A stretch of 44,395 bases of DNA from a virus (Duplodnaviria; Caudoviricetes), in the IMG/VR virus record IMGVR_UViG_3300012816_000017, positions 1 to 44,395 of that record. One strand, given 5' to 3'. Below the pieces are notes generated by a model. It did not search any database and was not told the origin of the DNA. It worked only from the letters and a program-made list of their open reading frames with translations. The position numbers and the translations under genes were made by a program. Position 1 is the stretch's first letter, and every line of letters begins with the position of its first letter. Below are positions 30,196-38,592 of this stretch, in pieces.

Positions 30196-31404
30196 ATGCA
30201 GACCACCGCCCCGACCACTGCCACCGACATCAACACGAGGAGTAAAGTTGAATGCCCGACACAACCATTTACGACCTCATGGACAGAGAAGAACTCGTGC
30301 GCCTCGCAGGCGAACAAGCCCTGCTCAAGCAGGAAATGTCAACTTGCAACGCTGAGCAAAACAGAGACCTCAGCATCCTGCGCAACCTCGCCAACGACAT
30401 CGGACACAGCTCCGACTGGCATGCACGCGGCGTGCAGCTGCTCGACCGATTGCGCGACCGCCAGCTCAAGATCGCAGACGCGCACCGTCGCCTCTCGGAG
30501 CTTTCCAAGCTCACAGGCATCAACTGATGCCGCAGCGGGCGACGCGGCCCCGCTCAACAACCGCGCACTTGCCAACATCCGCGCGCGCCTGCGCCGCTGG
30601 GAGTTTGACCACCTGCGCACCCATTGCGCTGAGCTGGCAGACAAGCTTGAGATAGCCCAGCAACGGGTTGAGTCCCTCGAAAACGAAGTCCGCGACGCTT
30701 GGCGCTGGGGCGAACACTGGCGCGACCAGACGCAATATCTGGCGGATGAACTGCACGAGGTTGGCAAGGCCGTCGGCCTGACACAAGACGGCGAGCTGGC
30801 AGTGATGCCCGACGCCCAACCCGCAGCCAGCACGACAGACGCCGTCGCCAACGCGCTGGCCCACGCATTCAACCCCATCGGCACCCACCTGCCCGACCAA
30901 GGCGGCACCCTAGGCGCCATCATTGCCCGCCGCGACGGCACCACCTACGGCCTGATCGTTGCCGACTCGCTGCACGAATACACCGGCGAATGGGGCAACT
31001 ACGGCACAGAAATCGAAGGCGCCAAAGGCCCCAACGGTGCAGCCAACACAGGCGCCATGATGGCCGCAGGCAGCCCCATTGCCCAGTCCGTGCGTGCACT
31101 CACCCTAGCCGGGCATTCAGACTGGTACATCCCCAGCCGCCTCGAAATGCTGGCGCTGTACGAGTCCTCGCCAGAGCTATTCAGCAAGGACTCCTACTAC
31201 TGGACCAGCTCGCAGTACTCGCGCGACAGCGCCTGGTGCCAGGACTTCGAGTGCGGCAGCAGCCACGCCGACCGCAAGGACCACGAGTTCCGCGCCCGTC
31301 CTGTCCGCAGCATTCAACTTCAACCCTCCAATACTTCGGCACTCCCCACCACCATCGCCGAAGGCGATCCGCGCGAAATTTCGGGCGCCAAGGTGGCCGC
31401 ATGA
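30196..31404 (+). CDS. DGR target 1: coiled-coil N-terminus fused to DUF1566/CLec-like domain
   Basis: GGAGGA RBS; GHSDWYIPSRLEM...YYWTSSQYSRDSAWCQDF; contains VR1. True start uncertain. Confidence 0.8.
   Translation: MQTTAPTTATDINTRSKVECPTQPFTTSWTEKNSCASQANKPCSSRKCQLATLSKTETSASCATSPTTSDTAPTGMHAACSCSTDCATASSRSQTRTVASRSFPSSQASTDAAAGDAAPLNNRALANIRARLRRWEFDHLRTHCAELADKLEIAQQRVESLENEVRDAWRWGEHWRDQTQYLADELHEVGKAVGLTQDGELAVMPDAQPAASTTDAVANALAHAFNPIGTHLPDQGGTLGAIIARRDGTTYGLIVADSLHEYTGEWGNYGTEIEGAKGPNGAANTGAMMAAGSPIAQSVRALTLAGHSDWYIPSRLEMLALYESSPELFSKDSYYWTSSQYSRDSAWCQDFECGSSHADRKDHEFRARPVRSIQLQPSNTSALPTTIAEGDPREISGAKVAA
30252..30527 (+). CDS. Nested helical hypothetical protein (alternative frame)
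   Basis: Own GAGGAG RBS; 91-aa coiled-coil-like sequence. Confidence 0.6.
   Translation: MPDTTIYDLMDREELVRLAGEQALLKQEMSTCNAEQNRDLSILRNLANDIGHSSDWHARGVQLLDRLRDRQLKIADAHRRLSELSKLTGIN
31210..31310 (+). repeat. DGR variable repeat VR1
   Basis: 101 bp vs TR 39254-39354: 9 mismatches, all at TR adenines. Confidence 0.96.
31354..31368 (+). other. DGR target-recognition hairpin after VR1
   Basis: atcgcc-GAA-ggcgat followed by ccgcgcgaaattt. Confidence 0.8.
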
Positions 31405-31547
31405 CCCCCACCCTGCGACCCGTCCGCCTCTACGCCGTGCGTGCAGGCAAGACCGAGCACCACGTGTGGGCCACCAGTGAAGCCCACGCCATTGCCGAAG
31501 CCCACGGCATGGGCCTGCCCGCCTCTGCCGCGCGGAGGATCGAATGA
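31401..31547 (+). CDS. Small hypothetical protein
   Basis: ATGA-coupled 48-aa ORF. Confidence 0.45.
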   Translation: MTPTLRPVRLYAVRAGKTEHHVWATSEAHAIAEAHGMGLPASAARRIE

Positions 31548-31702
31548 CCACCCGCCCGCAACCAATGCGCAAGCCCACCGCGCTCCCCACCCTGCGCAGC
31601 CAGAACGCTGACGCCGCCTGGATCGCAGGCTGGTGGCAAGGCAAGGTCACCGGCTTCTTTCTGGGCATGGGCTTCGCCGTGCTGATGGGATGGCTGCGAT
31701 GA
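31544..31702 (+). CDS. Small membrane peptide
   Basis: ATGA-coupled 52-aa ORF with hydrophobic C-terminus. Confidence 0.45.
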   Translation: MTTRPQPMRKPTALPTLRSQNADAAWIAGWWQGKVTGFFLGMGFAVLMGWLR

Positions 31703-31947
31703 ACGCCAGCTACCCCACCACCGACCGCCGCGCCCGTCCGCGCACTGGCGCCCACACAGCGCCCAGCTACCGCGCCTGCGTAGCCAACGCCTGCCGCCAG
31801 GGCCACAAGGCCTGCCCCACGCCGCAGGCCTGCGAGGTGACCGACGAGGCACCCGCCACCCGCACCGAGCTGGTGGGCTTTGCGCTGTGGGCTGCGGGCA
31901 TCGCGCTTGCCATCGCATACGCATTGGTTTCGTGCGCCAGCGCTTGA
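31699..31947 (+). CDS. Small Cys-containing membrane-anchored protein
   Basis: CVANACRQGHKACPTPQAC plus C-terminal TM helix. Confidence 0.5.
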   Translation: MNASYPTTDRRARPRTGAHTAPSYRACVANACRQGHKACPTPQACEVTDEAPATRTELVGFALWAAGIALAIAYALVSCASA

Positions 31948-32009
31948 TGCGCCTGCGCGAGTAGCTATCAATTTTGAGTTTACCAACCCACTCCACAGGA
32001 GAAAACACC

Positions 32010-32192
32010 ATGAACAGCTTTGCATTCCGCCTCGGTCAAAAAGTCGTCATCAAAGCCAGCGGCGAAGAGGGAGAAGTCGTCGGCCGTGCCGAGTACTCCA
32101 ACAGCTCCAACAGCTACTACGTGCGCTACCAAGCCCGCGACGGCCGAGCCACTGAAGCGTGGTGGACCGAGGACGCACTGGCCGCCGCCTAA
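32010..32192 (+). CDS. Small SH3-like beta-barrel phage protein
   Basis: AGGAG RBS; FRLGQKVVIKASGEEGEVVGRAEY. Confidence 0.65.
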   Translation: MNSFAFRLGQKVVIKASGEEGEVVGRAEYSNSSNSYYVRYQARDGRATEAWWTEDALAAA

Positions 32193-32228
32193 GACGCCCC
32201 ACCCCTCCCCAACCCACAGGAGCATCCC

Positions 32229-32609
32229 ATGCCCGACGACAACCTGAACCGCCACACCGACGTGGCCAACTTCCTCGGCGACATCGACGCCGGCCAATTC
32301 GAGCGCCTGTTTGGCGTGTCTCTCAGCGACGTGGCCGCCGCCGTGATCGACAACCAGAGCAAAGGCCGCATCACGCTGGACTTTCATGTGGAGCCCATCC
32401 CCGGCTCGCACCAGGTGCTGATCAAGCACAGCCTCAAAAGTCTTCGCCCCACCAACGGCGGCCGCGCCATGGAGGAATGCACCCGCAAGACCGCCATGCA
32501 CGTGGGCAAGTACGGGCGCCTGTCGCTGGTGCCCGAGTCGCAGGGCGCGCTGTTTAGCCGCGACGGCACGCCCGTGGCAGCGATGCCGCCCGCACCGCCC
32601 ACGCACTGA
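32229..32609 (+). CDS. YfdP-like prophage protein
   Basis: TDVANFLGDIDAGQFE...KGRITLDF...TAMHVGKYGRLSL; precedes the DUF2303 gene as in the yfdP-yfdQ pair. Confidence 0.7.
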   Translation: MPDDNLNRHTDVANFLGDIDAGQFERLFGVSLSDVAAAVIDNQSKGRITLDFHVEPIPGSHQVLIKHSLKSLRPTNGGRAMEECTRKTAMHVGKYGRLSLVPESQGALFSRDGTPVAAMPPAPPTH

Positions 32610-32670
32610 CAGGCCCACACAGCGGCCAGCCATACCCACCACCTCACCCACCACTTAACGAGCCAAGCCC

Positions 32671-33582
32671 ATGACCGACCCCACCAACACCGCCAGCACC
32701 ATCGAAGCCATCCCCGGCCAGCTCAGCGCGCAGCCAGCCATCAACATCACCGACGCCTTTGTGGAGGCCCTGGAAGAAGGCCAGGCCACCCTGGCGGCAC
32801 ACAGTGCCGTCACGGCGGCCATGCAGACCGAGCAGGGCGTCACCGCGCTGCGTGATGGCGACGGCGGCGCCCGCGTGGTGGATCTGGAAGAGTACCTACC
32901 CCTGCGCCGCCGCCAGCGCGGCACCATGGAAACGGCCAGCGTGCGCAGCTTTGCCGAGTACACCAAGCAGAGCATGGACGGCGCCAGCGTGTTTGTGGAC
33001 GCCAGCACCATGCGCGCCACCGCCGTGCTCAACCTGGGCGACCCCAGCGCCCCCGGCCATGCCGACAACATAGCCCGCCTGTGCCTGCGCAAGATGGCCG
33101 CGTTTGACGCCCTCACGCAGATCAACGGCCGCCACCAAAGCCAGAAGGACCTGGTCGAGTTCCTCGAAGACTGGGGCCCGCTGGTGGACGCCAAGTACTA
33201 CCACGGCTCTGACGACGTATCGCCCGGCCTGGCCCTGGCCGCGCTGCGCGACATCACCATCGACAGCGCCCGCAAGGCAAACAGCCAGGTCGAGCAGCTC
33301 AGCGCAACAAAGACCACCTTTGAACGCATCCAGGCCGACAGCAACAAGAACACGCCCACCACCATCTACTGGACGTGCCAACCCTACGCCGACCTGCCCA
33401 CCCGCACCTTTGTGCTGCGCCTGGGCATCCTCACCGGCGGCGACCAAATCGGCCTGAACCTGCGCATCCAGAACCTGGAGCAGCACACCGAGGAAATGGG
33501 CCAGCAACTACTGGGACTGGTGCAGCAGCAAGTGGGCGGCGACCTGCCCGTGCTGCAGGGCACCTACACGCGCGGCAAGTAA
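32671..33582 (+). CDS. DUF2303 (YfdQ) family protein
   Basis: DLEEYLPLRRRQRG...AVLNLGDPSAPGHADN...QKDLVEFLEDW...CQPYADL. Confidence 0.8.
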   Translation: MTDPTNTASTIEAIPGQLSAQPAINITDAFVEALEEGQATLAAHSAVTAAMQTEQGVTALRDGDGGARVVDLEEYLPLRRRQRGTMETASVRSFAEYTKQSMDGASVFVDASTMRATAVLNLGDPSAPGHADNIARLCLRKMAAFDALTQINGRHQSQKDLVEFLEDWGPLVDAKYYHGSDDVSPGLALAALRDITIDSARKANSQVEQLSATKTTFERIQADSNKNTPTTIYWTCQPYADLPTRTFVLRLGILTGGDQIGLNLRIQNLEQHTEEMGQQLLGLVQQQVGGDLPVLQGTYTRGK

Positions 33583-33637
33583 CCGCCAGCCGCTATCAAT
33601 TCAGCAGCAAACCACCTCAACCGACTTAGGACTACCC

Positions 33638-33940
33638 ATGGACAACCAACACCGCGCCATCAAAGGCTATCGCGAACTGACACAGGGCGAGATTGACCTG
33701 ATGAACGAAATCAAGGGCATGGGCGTGCAGCTGGCAGCCCTCACTGCCAAGGTCCGCGAGCACATCCACCAGCAGCGCATCACCGTGACTACGCGCATTG
33801 AAGGCGGGGAGGCCCAAGAGGAAGAGCTGGCGCGCATCAATGCCGCAGAACCCGAAAAGTGGGCCGGATGGGGCCACGACAGCGGCCAGACGGTGCTGAT
33901 GTACCTGACGCGCGCCGTAGCGCAGCCCACCTTCTACTGA
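33638..33940 (+). CDS. acb2: Acb2-like anti-CBASS cyclic-oligonucleotide sponge
   Basis: MDNQHRAIKGYRELTQGEIDLMNEIK...AAEP..W...QT..M.LTRAVAQP follows the Acb2 pattern. Confidence 0.85.
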   Translation: MDNQHRAIKGYRELTQGEIDLMNEIKGMGVQLAALTAKVREHIHQQRITVTTRIEGGEAQEEELARINAAEPEKWAGWGHDSGQTVLMYLTRAVAQPTFY

Positions 33941-33965
33941 ACCCAGCAGCCCCAGCGAGCCCACC

Positions 33966-34289
33966 ATGGAATCAAAGCCCACCATGCTGCACCTGCGCTC
34001 CACACCATACGCGCTGATGGTGCGCGGCGCGCGCGTGCCCATGTTGCCGCTGATCGAGCGGGTGGGCGGCGGCTGGGGCAAAAGCCGCACCGACGCGCTG
34101 TGCATGTGGCCCGACGCCGAGAACTTCACCGCAGGCCTGCGCGCTGGAGACACCTTGCTGGTGGAGCTGCACGACCTGCACGCCCATGAAGGCCACATGC
34201 GCGGAAGCATTTTGCGCAAACCCGAGCTGCTGCCGCGCAGCGCTCAGTCCAGCAACACCCCCACCACCCCCGAGGCGGCCACCGCCTGA
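33966..34289 (+). CDS. Hypothetical protein
   Basis: 107-aa ORF in the early operon. Confidence 0.55.
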   Translation: MESKPTMLHLRSTPYALMVRGARVPMLPLIERVGGGWGKSRTDALCMWPDAENFTAGLRAGDTLLVELHDLHAHEGHMRGSILRKPELLPRSAQSSNTPTTPEAATA

Positions 34290-34413
34290 CCACCCATGGA
34301 GCTTTTCGATGCCTTCACTCTTGGCGCGGTGCTCGGCTGCTTTGCAGGCTTTTTCGCAGGCCGGTTCGACCGCAAGTCCACAGCCCAACTCGAATACCAC
34401 CGAGGCCACAACG

Positions 34414-34758
34414 ATGGATCCAGTCTCGTCTTTAACTATCTGGTCGCCGAAACACTCCGGCCCACAAAACCCCGCACACCAGCTGGTCAGCCAGATGCCC
34501 GAGACGCAGCAGCTGGTGCTGCGCACAGCGACTCGCAAGCTGTTTGACAACAGTTTTTTCAGCATCTGCACTGTGGACTCAATGATGAAACTGGTGGGCA
34601 CGTCGGCACGCACCCCGGCCTACACCCAACTCCACGCCCTGCACTGCGTGGACTACGCCGACATGCCCAAGGAGCTGCGCGAGCGCATCCCCTACCTGGT
34701 GCGCGAGTGCCTGGCCGGGCCGACTGCCGACGAGGCCACCGACATCGTGCTGGGCTGA
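34414..34758 (+). CDS. Hypothetical protein
   Basis: FFSICTVDSMM...LHALHCVDYADMP; overlaps the alternative ORF 34296-34547. Confidence 0.55.
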   Translation: MDPVSSLTIWSPKHSGPQNPAHQLVSQMPETQQLVLRTATRKLFDNSFFSICTVDSMMKLVGTSARTPAYTQLHALHCVDYADMPKELRERIPYLVRECLAGPTADEATDIVLG

Positions 34759-34761
34759 GCC

Positions 34762-34986
34762 ATGGGCCAGCACATCACAGCATCCAACAACCCCGGCTTT
34801 CCCATGATCGTCAGCAAATCCACCATCGAAAAGCAGGCCACCGAGGCAGCAGGCAAAGGCCAGAGCATCAACGATGCCTGCCCCTACCCCTTTGGCACCG
34901 AGGCCGCCGACCACTTCAAGGCCGTGTACCTGCTGGCGCTGCCCAAGGCCCAGGCTACCGACGCACGCGAGGACGCTACGACATGA
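34762..34986 (+). CDS. Hypothetical protein
   Basis: 74 aa with ACPYPFGTEAADHF. Confidence 0.55.
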   Translation: MGQHITASNNPGFPMIVSKSTIEKQATEAAGKGQSINDACPYPFGTEAADHFKAVYLLALPKAQATDAREDATT

Positions 34987-35162
34987 GCAGCGCACCCGAC
35001 CGCCGCGCGCTGGCCGAGGCCACGCAGGCCCTGGTCAAGACCAACCAGCCCACCACCACCCATTACGAGGCCATCTGTTCCGCGCTGGAAAAGATCGCCG
35101 CCCAAGACTTCGGCATCCCTATCAAGGTGGTGATGCAAGCCGATTTCAGCAAAGTGAAGTGA
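34983..35162 (+). CDS. Small hypothetical protein
   Basis: ATGA-coupled 59-aa ORF. Confidence 0.4.
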   Translation: MSSAPDRRALAEATQALVKTNQPTTTHYEAICSALEKIAAQDFGIPIKVVMQADFSKVK

Positions 35163-35166
35163 AGCC

Positions 35167-35805
35167 ATGACAGCAACCACCTCCCACTGGCTAGTCACCG
35201 CCCACGGCCACGACCAACCCATCAGCGGCCCCGCCGCAATGCTGGGCACCATGCCCACCATCGAGGTCATCGCCCACAGCCTGGCGCAGATCAACCGCTT
35301 CACCGGCCACGCCATCCGGCCCGAGAGCGTTGCCGAGCACAGCATGTTTGTGAGCGACATCTTAGAAGGCATGGGCCTGCCACCCATCGCACAGCTTGCT
35401 GGTCTCATGCACGACGCGCACGAATGCCTGTGCGGCGACGTAGCCAGCCCTATCAAATGGGAGCTGGGCACCGCCTGGCTGTCGCTGGAGAACCCGCTGG
35501 CCTTGATGATGCGCAAGCACTACGGCCTGCAGACTGCTTACACCGGCTACCGCGACGCCATCAAGCACGCCGACCTGATCGCCCTGGCCACCGAGCGCCG
35601 CGACCTCACCCGCTACGACCCCGCCATCAACGCCCCCTGGGCCATCCTGGACACCCCCGGCGCCGAGGTGCACCCCATGGACGCCGTAGACCTGAACAGC
35701 CCCGTGCGCGTGGCCATGAGCTGGCGGCACCACCGTGATGCGTTTGTGGAGCGGTACCAGACATTGACGGCGCAGTGCAGCGCGCGGGGCGAGGTGGTGG
35801 TATGA
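35167..35805 (+). CDS. HD-domain phosphohydrolase (YfdR/YfbR-like deoxynucleotidase)
   Basis: IAHSLAQINRFTGH, SVAEHS, LMHDAHE..GDVASPIK, IKHADLIALATERRDL. Confidence 0.88.
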   Translation: MTATTSHWLVTAHGHDQPISGPAAMLGTMPTIEVIAHSLAQINRFTGHAIRPESVAEHSMFVSDILEGMGLPPIAQLAGLMHDAHECLCGDVASPIKWELGTAWLSLENPLALMMRKHYGLQTAYTGYRDAIKHADLIALATERRDLTRYDPAINAPWAILDTPGAEVHPMDAVDLNSPVRVAMSWRHHRDAFVERYQTLTAQCSARGEVVV

Positions 35806-36509
35806 GCAAAGAGCGCCCCATCCTTTTCAGCGGGCCCATGGTCCGCGCGCTGCTGGATGGCAGCAAGACGCAGACGCGGCGGGTGCTGAAGGTGCCGCAC
35901 GAAAACCCGCTGGGCAAGTGGGAAGTCCTCCCATGGGGCGGACCAAACGGCGGCCGCACGCGCGATGGAAAAACCGTACCGTTTCAGAACGTCATCGGAC
36001 ACACGCGAACCGGCGAAATCATTGCATGCCCCTACGGCGAACCCGGCAACCGGCTGTGGGTACGTGAAACCTTCTACGCCTGGGGCCACTGGACCAAACG
36101 GCACAGCGAAAAGAAGCATCGCGAGGAATGGCATTTCGTTGACGAAACGATAGGCACCGGCAAGGCCTACCGATACGAGGCCGACGAAAAGCTGCCCCGA
36201 CGCAAGCGCGAACTGCATGAGGTGGGCTGGTGGAAGCGCCCCGCGATCTTCATGCCCCAGGCAGCCAGCCGCATCACCCTGGAAATCACCAGCGTGCGCG
36301 TGGAGCGCCTGCAGGACATCAGCGACGCTGACTGCGTTGCCGAGAGCTGCGGCGCACTGCCAGCCGCCATCGGCTGCCCCACGACCAGCGCCCCAGGCGA
36401 AACCATCCCACGCGCCATGTTTCGCGCGCTGTGGGAATCCATCAACGGCCCCGACAGCTGGGCCGCAAACCCCTGGGTGTGGGCCATCGAGTTTCGGAGG
36501 CTGCCATGA
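35802..36509 (+). CDS. Conserved phage protein (ASCH/PUA-like)
   Basis: ERPILFSGPMVRALLDGSKTQTRR...LWVRET...RITLEITSVRVERLQDIS...NPWVWAIEF. Confidence 0.75.
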   Translation: MSKERPILFSGPMVRALLDGSKTQTRRVLKVPHENPLGKWEVLPWGGPNGGRTRDGKTVPFQNVIGHTRTGEIIACPYGEPGNRLWVRETFYAWGHWTKRHSEKKHREEWHFVDETIGTGKAYRYEADEKLPRRKRELHEVGWWKRPAIFMPQAASRITLEITSVRVERLQDISDADCVAESCGALPAAIGCPTTSAPGETIPRAMFRALWESINGPDSWAANPWVWAIEFRRLP

Positions 36510-36802
36510 CCCACCCCACCCCCGAACCCGGCAGCTACGAGGCCCGCCACCCCACCCCGGTGCAAAAAAGCGCCGCCACCCGCGCCGCCAACGCAGCCCG
36601 CCGCCGCGCCGAGGCCGCCCGCGTGGACCGCGAAGCACGCGAACGCAGCGACTTTCTGAACAGCCCGCACTACCGCTGCCCCGAGCTGGGCCGCAACCCC
36701 GGGCTGACCGACGCCCGCTTTGCCGCCTACCACCTGCCCAGCCGCGTGGGCAACCGCCTGCACTTCCCTGACGGACGCATTGAAGAGGTACCCCAGCCAT
36801 GA
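36506..36802 (+). CDS. Hypothetical protein
   Basis: ATGA-coupled; YRCPELG...LPSRVGNRLHFPDGR. Confidence 0.55.
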   Translation: MTHPTPEPGSYEARHPTPVQKSAATRAANAARRRAEAARVDREARERSDFLNSPHYRCPELGRNPGLTDARFAAYHLPSRVGNRLHFPDGRIEEVPQP

Positions 36803-37266
36803 CCCGCAAGCGCACCAACACGCCCATGGTCTACAGCAAGATGCACGAGCTGCTGGCCAGCCCCAGCCAGCCCATGCCCATCGAGAACCGGCGCCACCAG
36901 CGCATGCGCCTGGCAGATGCGCTGCATGAGCTGATGCACGCACCCACTCCCGGCAAGGTGGTAGCCAGCCACTGGCGCGGCTGCGACGGCGCCCCCGTGG
37001 AGATTGGCGACGCCAGCGGCCTGCTGCAAGACGCCATCACCGCCATGGCCAAGGCAGGCCAGCGCATGCTGGACGGCAAACCCATGCGCCTGGACGGCCC
37101 CGGCATCGAGGCCGTGCGCGCCGTCACAGATGACTACCTGACCGCGCTGGACGCCCTGCCCGCCCGGACCATGGTGCGCTGCCACCGCTCCACCGAAAAG
37201 CGCACCCGCGAAGTCTTCAACCGCATCGACCGCCTGCCTGACGGCGTGCACGTCATGGCTATCTGA
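36799..37266 (+). CDS. Hypothetical protein
   Basis: 155 aa, ATGA-coupled. Confidence 0.6.
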   Translation: MTRKRTNTPMVYSKMHELLASPSQPMPIENRRHQRMRLADALHELMHAPTPGKVVASHWRGCDGAPVEIGDASGLLQDAITAMAKAGQRMLDGKPMRLDGPGIEAVRAVTDDYLTALDALPARTMVRCHRSTEKRTREVFNRIDRLPDGVHVMAI

Positions 37267-37295
37267 CCAATCACCCACCCACCGAGGAAGCCACC

Positions 37296-37934
37296 ATGTA
37301 CATCAAAACCCTCAACATCACCCTGCCGCAGCCCGAGGCGCCCCATGCTGCCCACATCGACATGGAGCAAGTGCTGCAGACCCTGCAGCGCGTTGCCGAA
37401 GGCGGAACTAACCAGCGCGCCGTGGCTGCGCCATCTGCCCCTGCACCGGTAAACACCACCGCGCTAACCCCACCCGCACCCGGCCAACCCTGGCCCGGCC
37501 AGGGCGGCATCTACATCTGCACCCTGCCAGCCCAGTTTGGCCTGCCAGCGCGCCACCTGGTGGTGGGCACCAATGAGGCCGAAGACCTGACCTGGGGCCC
37601 ATACGACGAAGAGGCAGCAGGCGCCACCAGCCAGACCGATGGCCGCTCCAACACCGCCGCCCTGACTGCCAGCGGCAAAGGCCACCCCGCCGCCATCTGG
37701 GCCAGCCAATACACCGAAGACGGCCACGCCGACTACTACCTGCCCAGCCGCATCGAGCTGCTGATGTGCTACCTGCACGCGCCCCAGGTTTTCAAGACCT
37801 CGGGCTGGTACTGGAGCAGCACGCAGTTCTCGCGCTACGGCGCCTGGTGCCAGGACTTCGAGTACGGCTACAGCAACGCCCTCGGCAAGGGCAGCGAGTT
37901 CCGCGCCCGTCCTGTCCGCAGCATTCAACTTTAG
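37296..37934 (+). CDS. DGR target 2: DUF1566/CLec-like protein
   Basis: PGQPWPGQGGIY...DGRSNT...GHADYYLPSRIEL...WYWSSTQFSRYGAWCQDF; VR2 at C-terminus. Confidence 0.9.
   Translation: MYIKTLNITLPQPEAPHAAHIDMEQVLQTLQRVAEGGTNQRAVAAPSAPAPVNTTALTPPAPGQPWPGQGGIYICTLPAQFGLPARHLVVGTNEAEDLTWGPYDEEAAGATSQTDGRSNTAALTASGKGHPAAIWASQYTEDGHADYYLPSRIELLMCYLHAPQVFKTSGWYWSSTQFSRYGAWCQDFEYGYSNALGKGSEFRARPVRSIQL
37822..37921 (+). repeat. DGR variable repeat VR2
   Basis: 100 bp vs TR 39255-39354: 11 mismatches, all at TR adenines. Confidence 0.96.
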
Positions 37935-37967
37935 CCCTTTACCCCTTCGCCACTTTCACCAACCTAC

Positions 37968-37986
37968 ACCGGCGCGCAGCGCCGGT
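37968..37986 (+). other. DGR target-recognition hairpin after VR2
   Basis: accggcgc-GCA-gcgccggt followed by ccgacgcaaattttt. Confidence 0.85.
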
Positions 37987-38016
37987 CCGACGCAAATTTT
38001 TGAAAGGCAGCATCCC

Positions 38017-38517
38017 ATGCGCACCCTCACTCTCCCATTGTTCGGCACCCTCCTTACCACCCACGGCGGCCACTTCGGCGCCATCCTGCGCGGCGCAGCC
38101 GCCGACGGCAGCGAAGACTACGCCCTGATCGTGTCCGAGGCATCGGCCGATATTGAAGACACCGTCTGGTCGGAGGACTACACCACCATCGCAGGCGCTG
38201 ACAGCAAGACAGACGGCCCCGCCAACACCGAGGCCATGGTCGCCGCAGGCCTGCAGCTGGCCCTGCGCATCCAGGCCCTGGACCTGGGCGGCCATACCGA
38301 CTGGTACCTGCCCGCCGCAGCCGAGCTGCGCGCCCTGTCGGCCACCGTGCCCGAGCTTTTCCAGCAGAAGGACTGGTACTGGAGCAGCACGCAGTACTCG
38401 CGCTACGGCGCCTGGTGCCAGGACTTCGAGTGCGGCAGCAGCCTCGCCTACGACAAGGACGACGAGTTCCGCGCCCGTCCTGTCCGCAGAGTTCAACTTC
38501 ACACCTTGAACACTTAA
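38017..38517 (+). CDS. DGR target 3: DUF1566/CLec-like protein
   Basis: HGGHFGAIL...DGPANT...GHTDWYLPAAAEL...WYWSSTQYSRYGAWCQDF; VR3 at C-terminus. Confidence 0.9.
   Translation: MRTLTLPLFGTLLTTHGGHFGAILRGAAADGSEDYALIVSEASADIEDTVWSEDYTTIAGADSKTDGPANTEAMVAAGLQLALRIQALDLGGHTDWYLPAAAELRALSATVPELFQQKDWYWSSTQYSRYGAWCQDFECGSSLAYDKDDEFRARPVRRVQLHTLNT
38390..38490 (+). repeat. DGR variable repeat VR3
   Basis: 101 bp vs TR 39255-39355: 10 mismatches, all at TR adenines. Confidence 0.96.
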
Positions 38518-38535
38518 GCCCTCCCCAGCAGCACC

Positions 38536-38552
38536 ACGGCGCGTAGCGCCGT
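38536..38552 (+). other. DGR target-recognition hairpin after VR3
   Basis: acggcgc-GTA-gcgccgt followed by ccgcgcgatttttt. Confidence 0.85.
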
Positions 38553-38592
38553 CCGCGCGATTTTTTGGCCCACACCGACCCCGCTTCGCACC

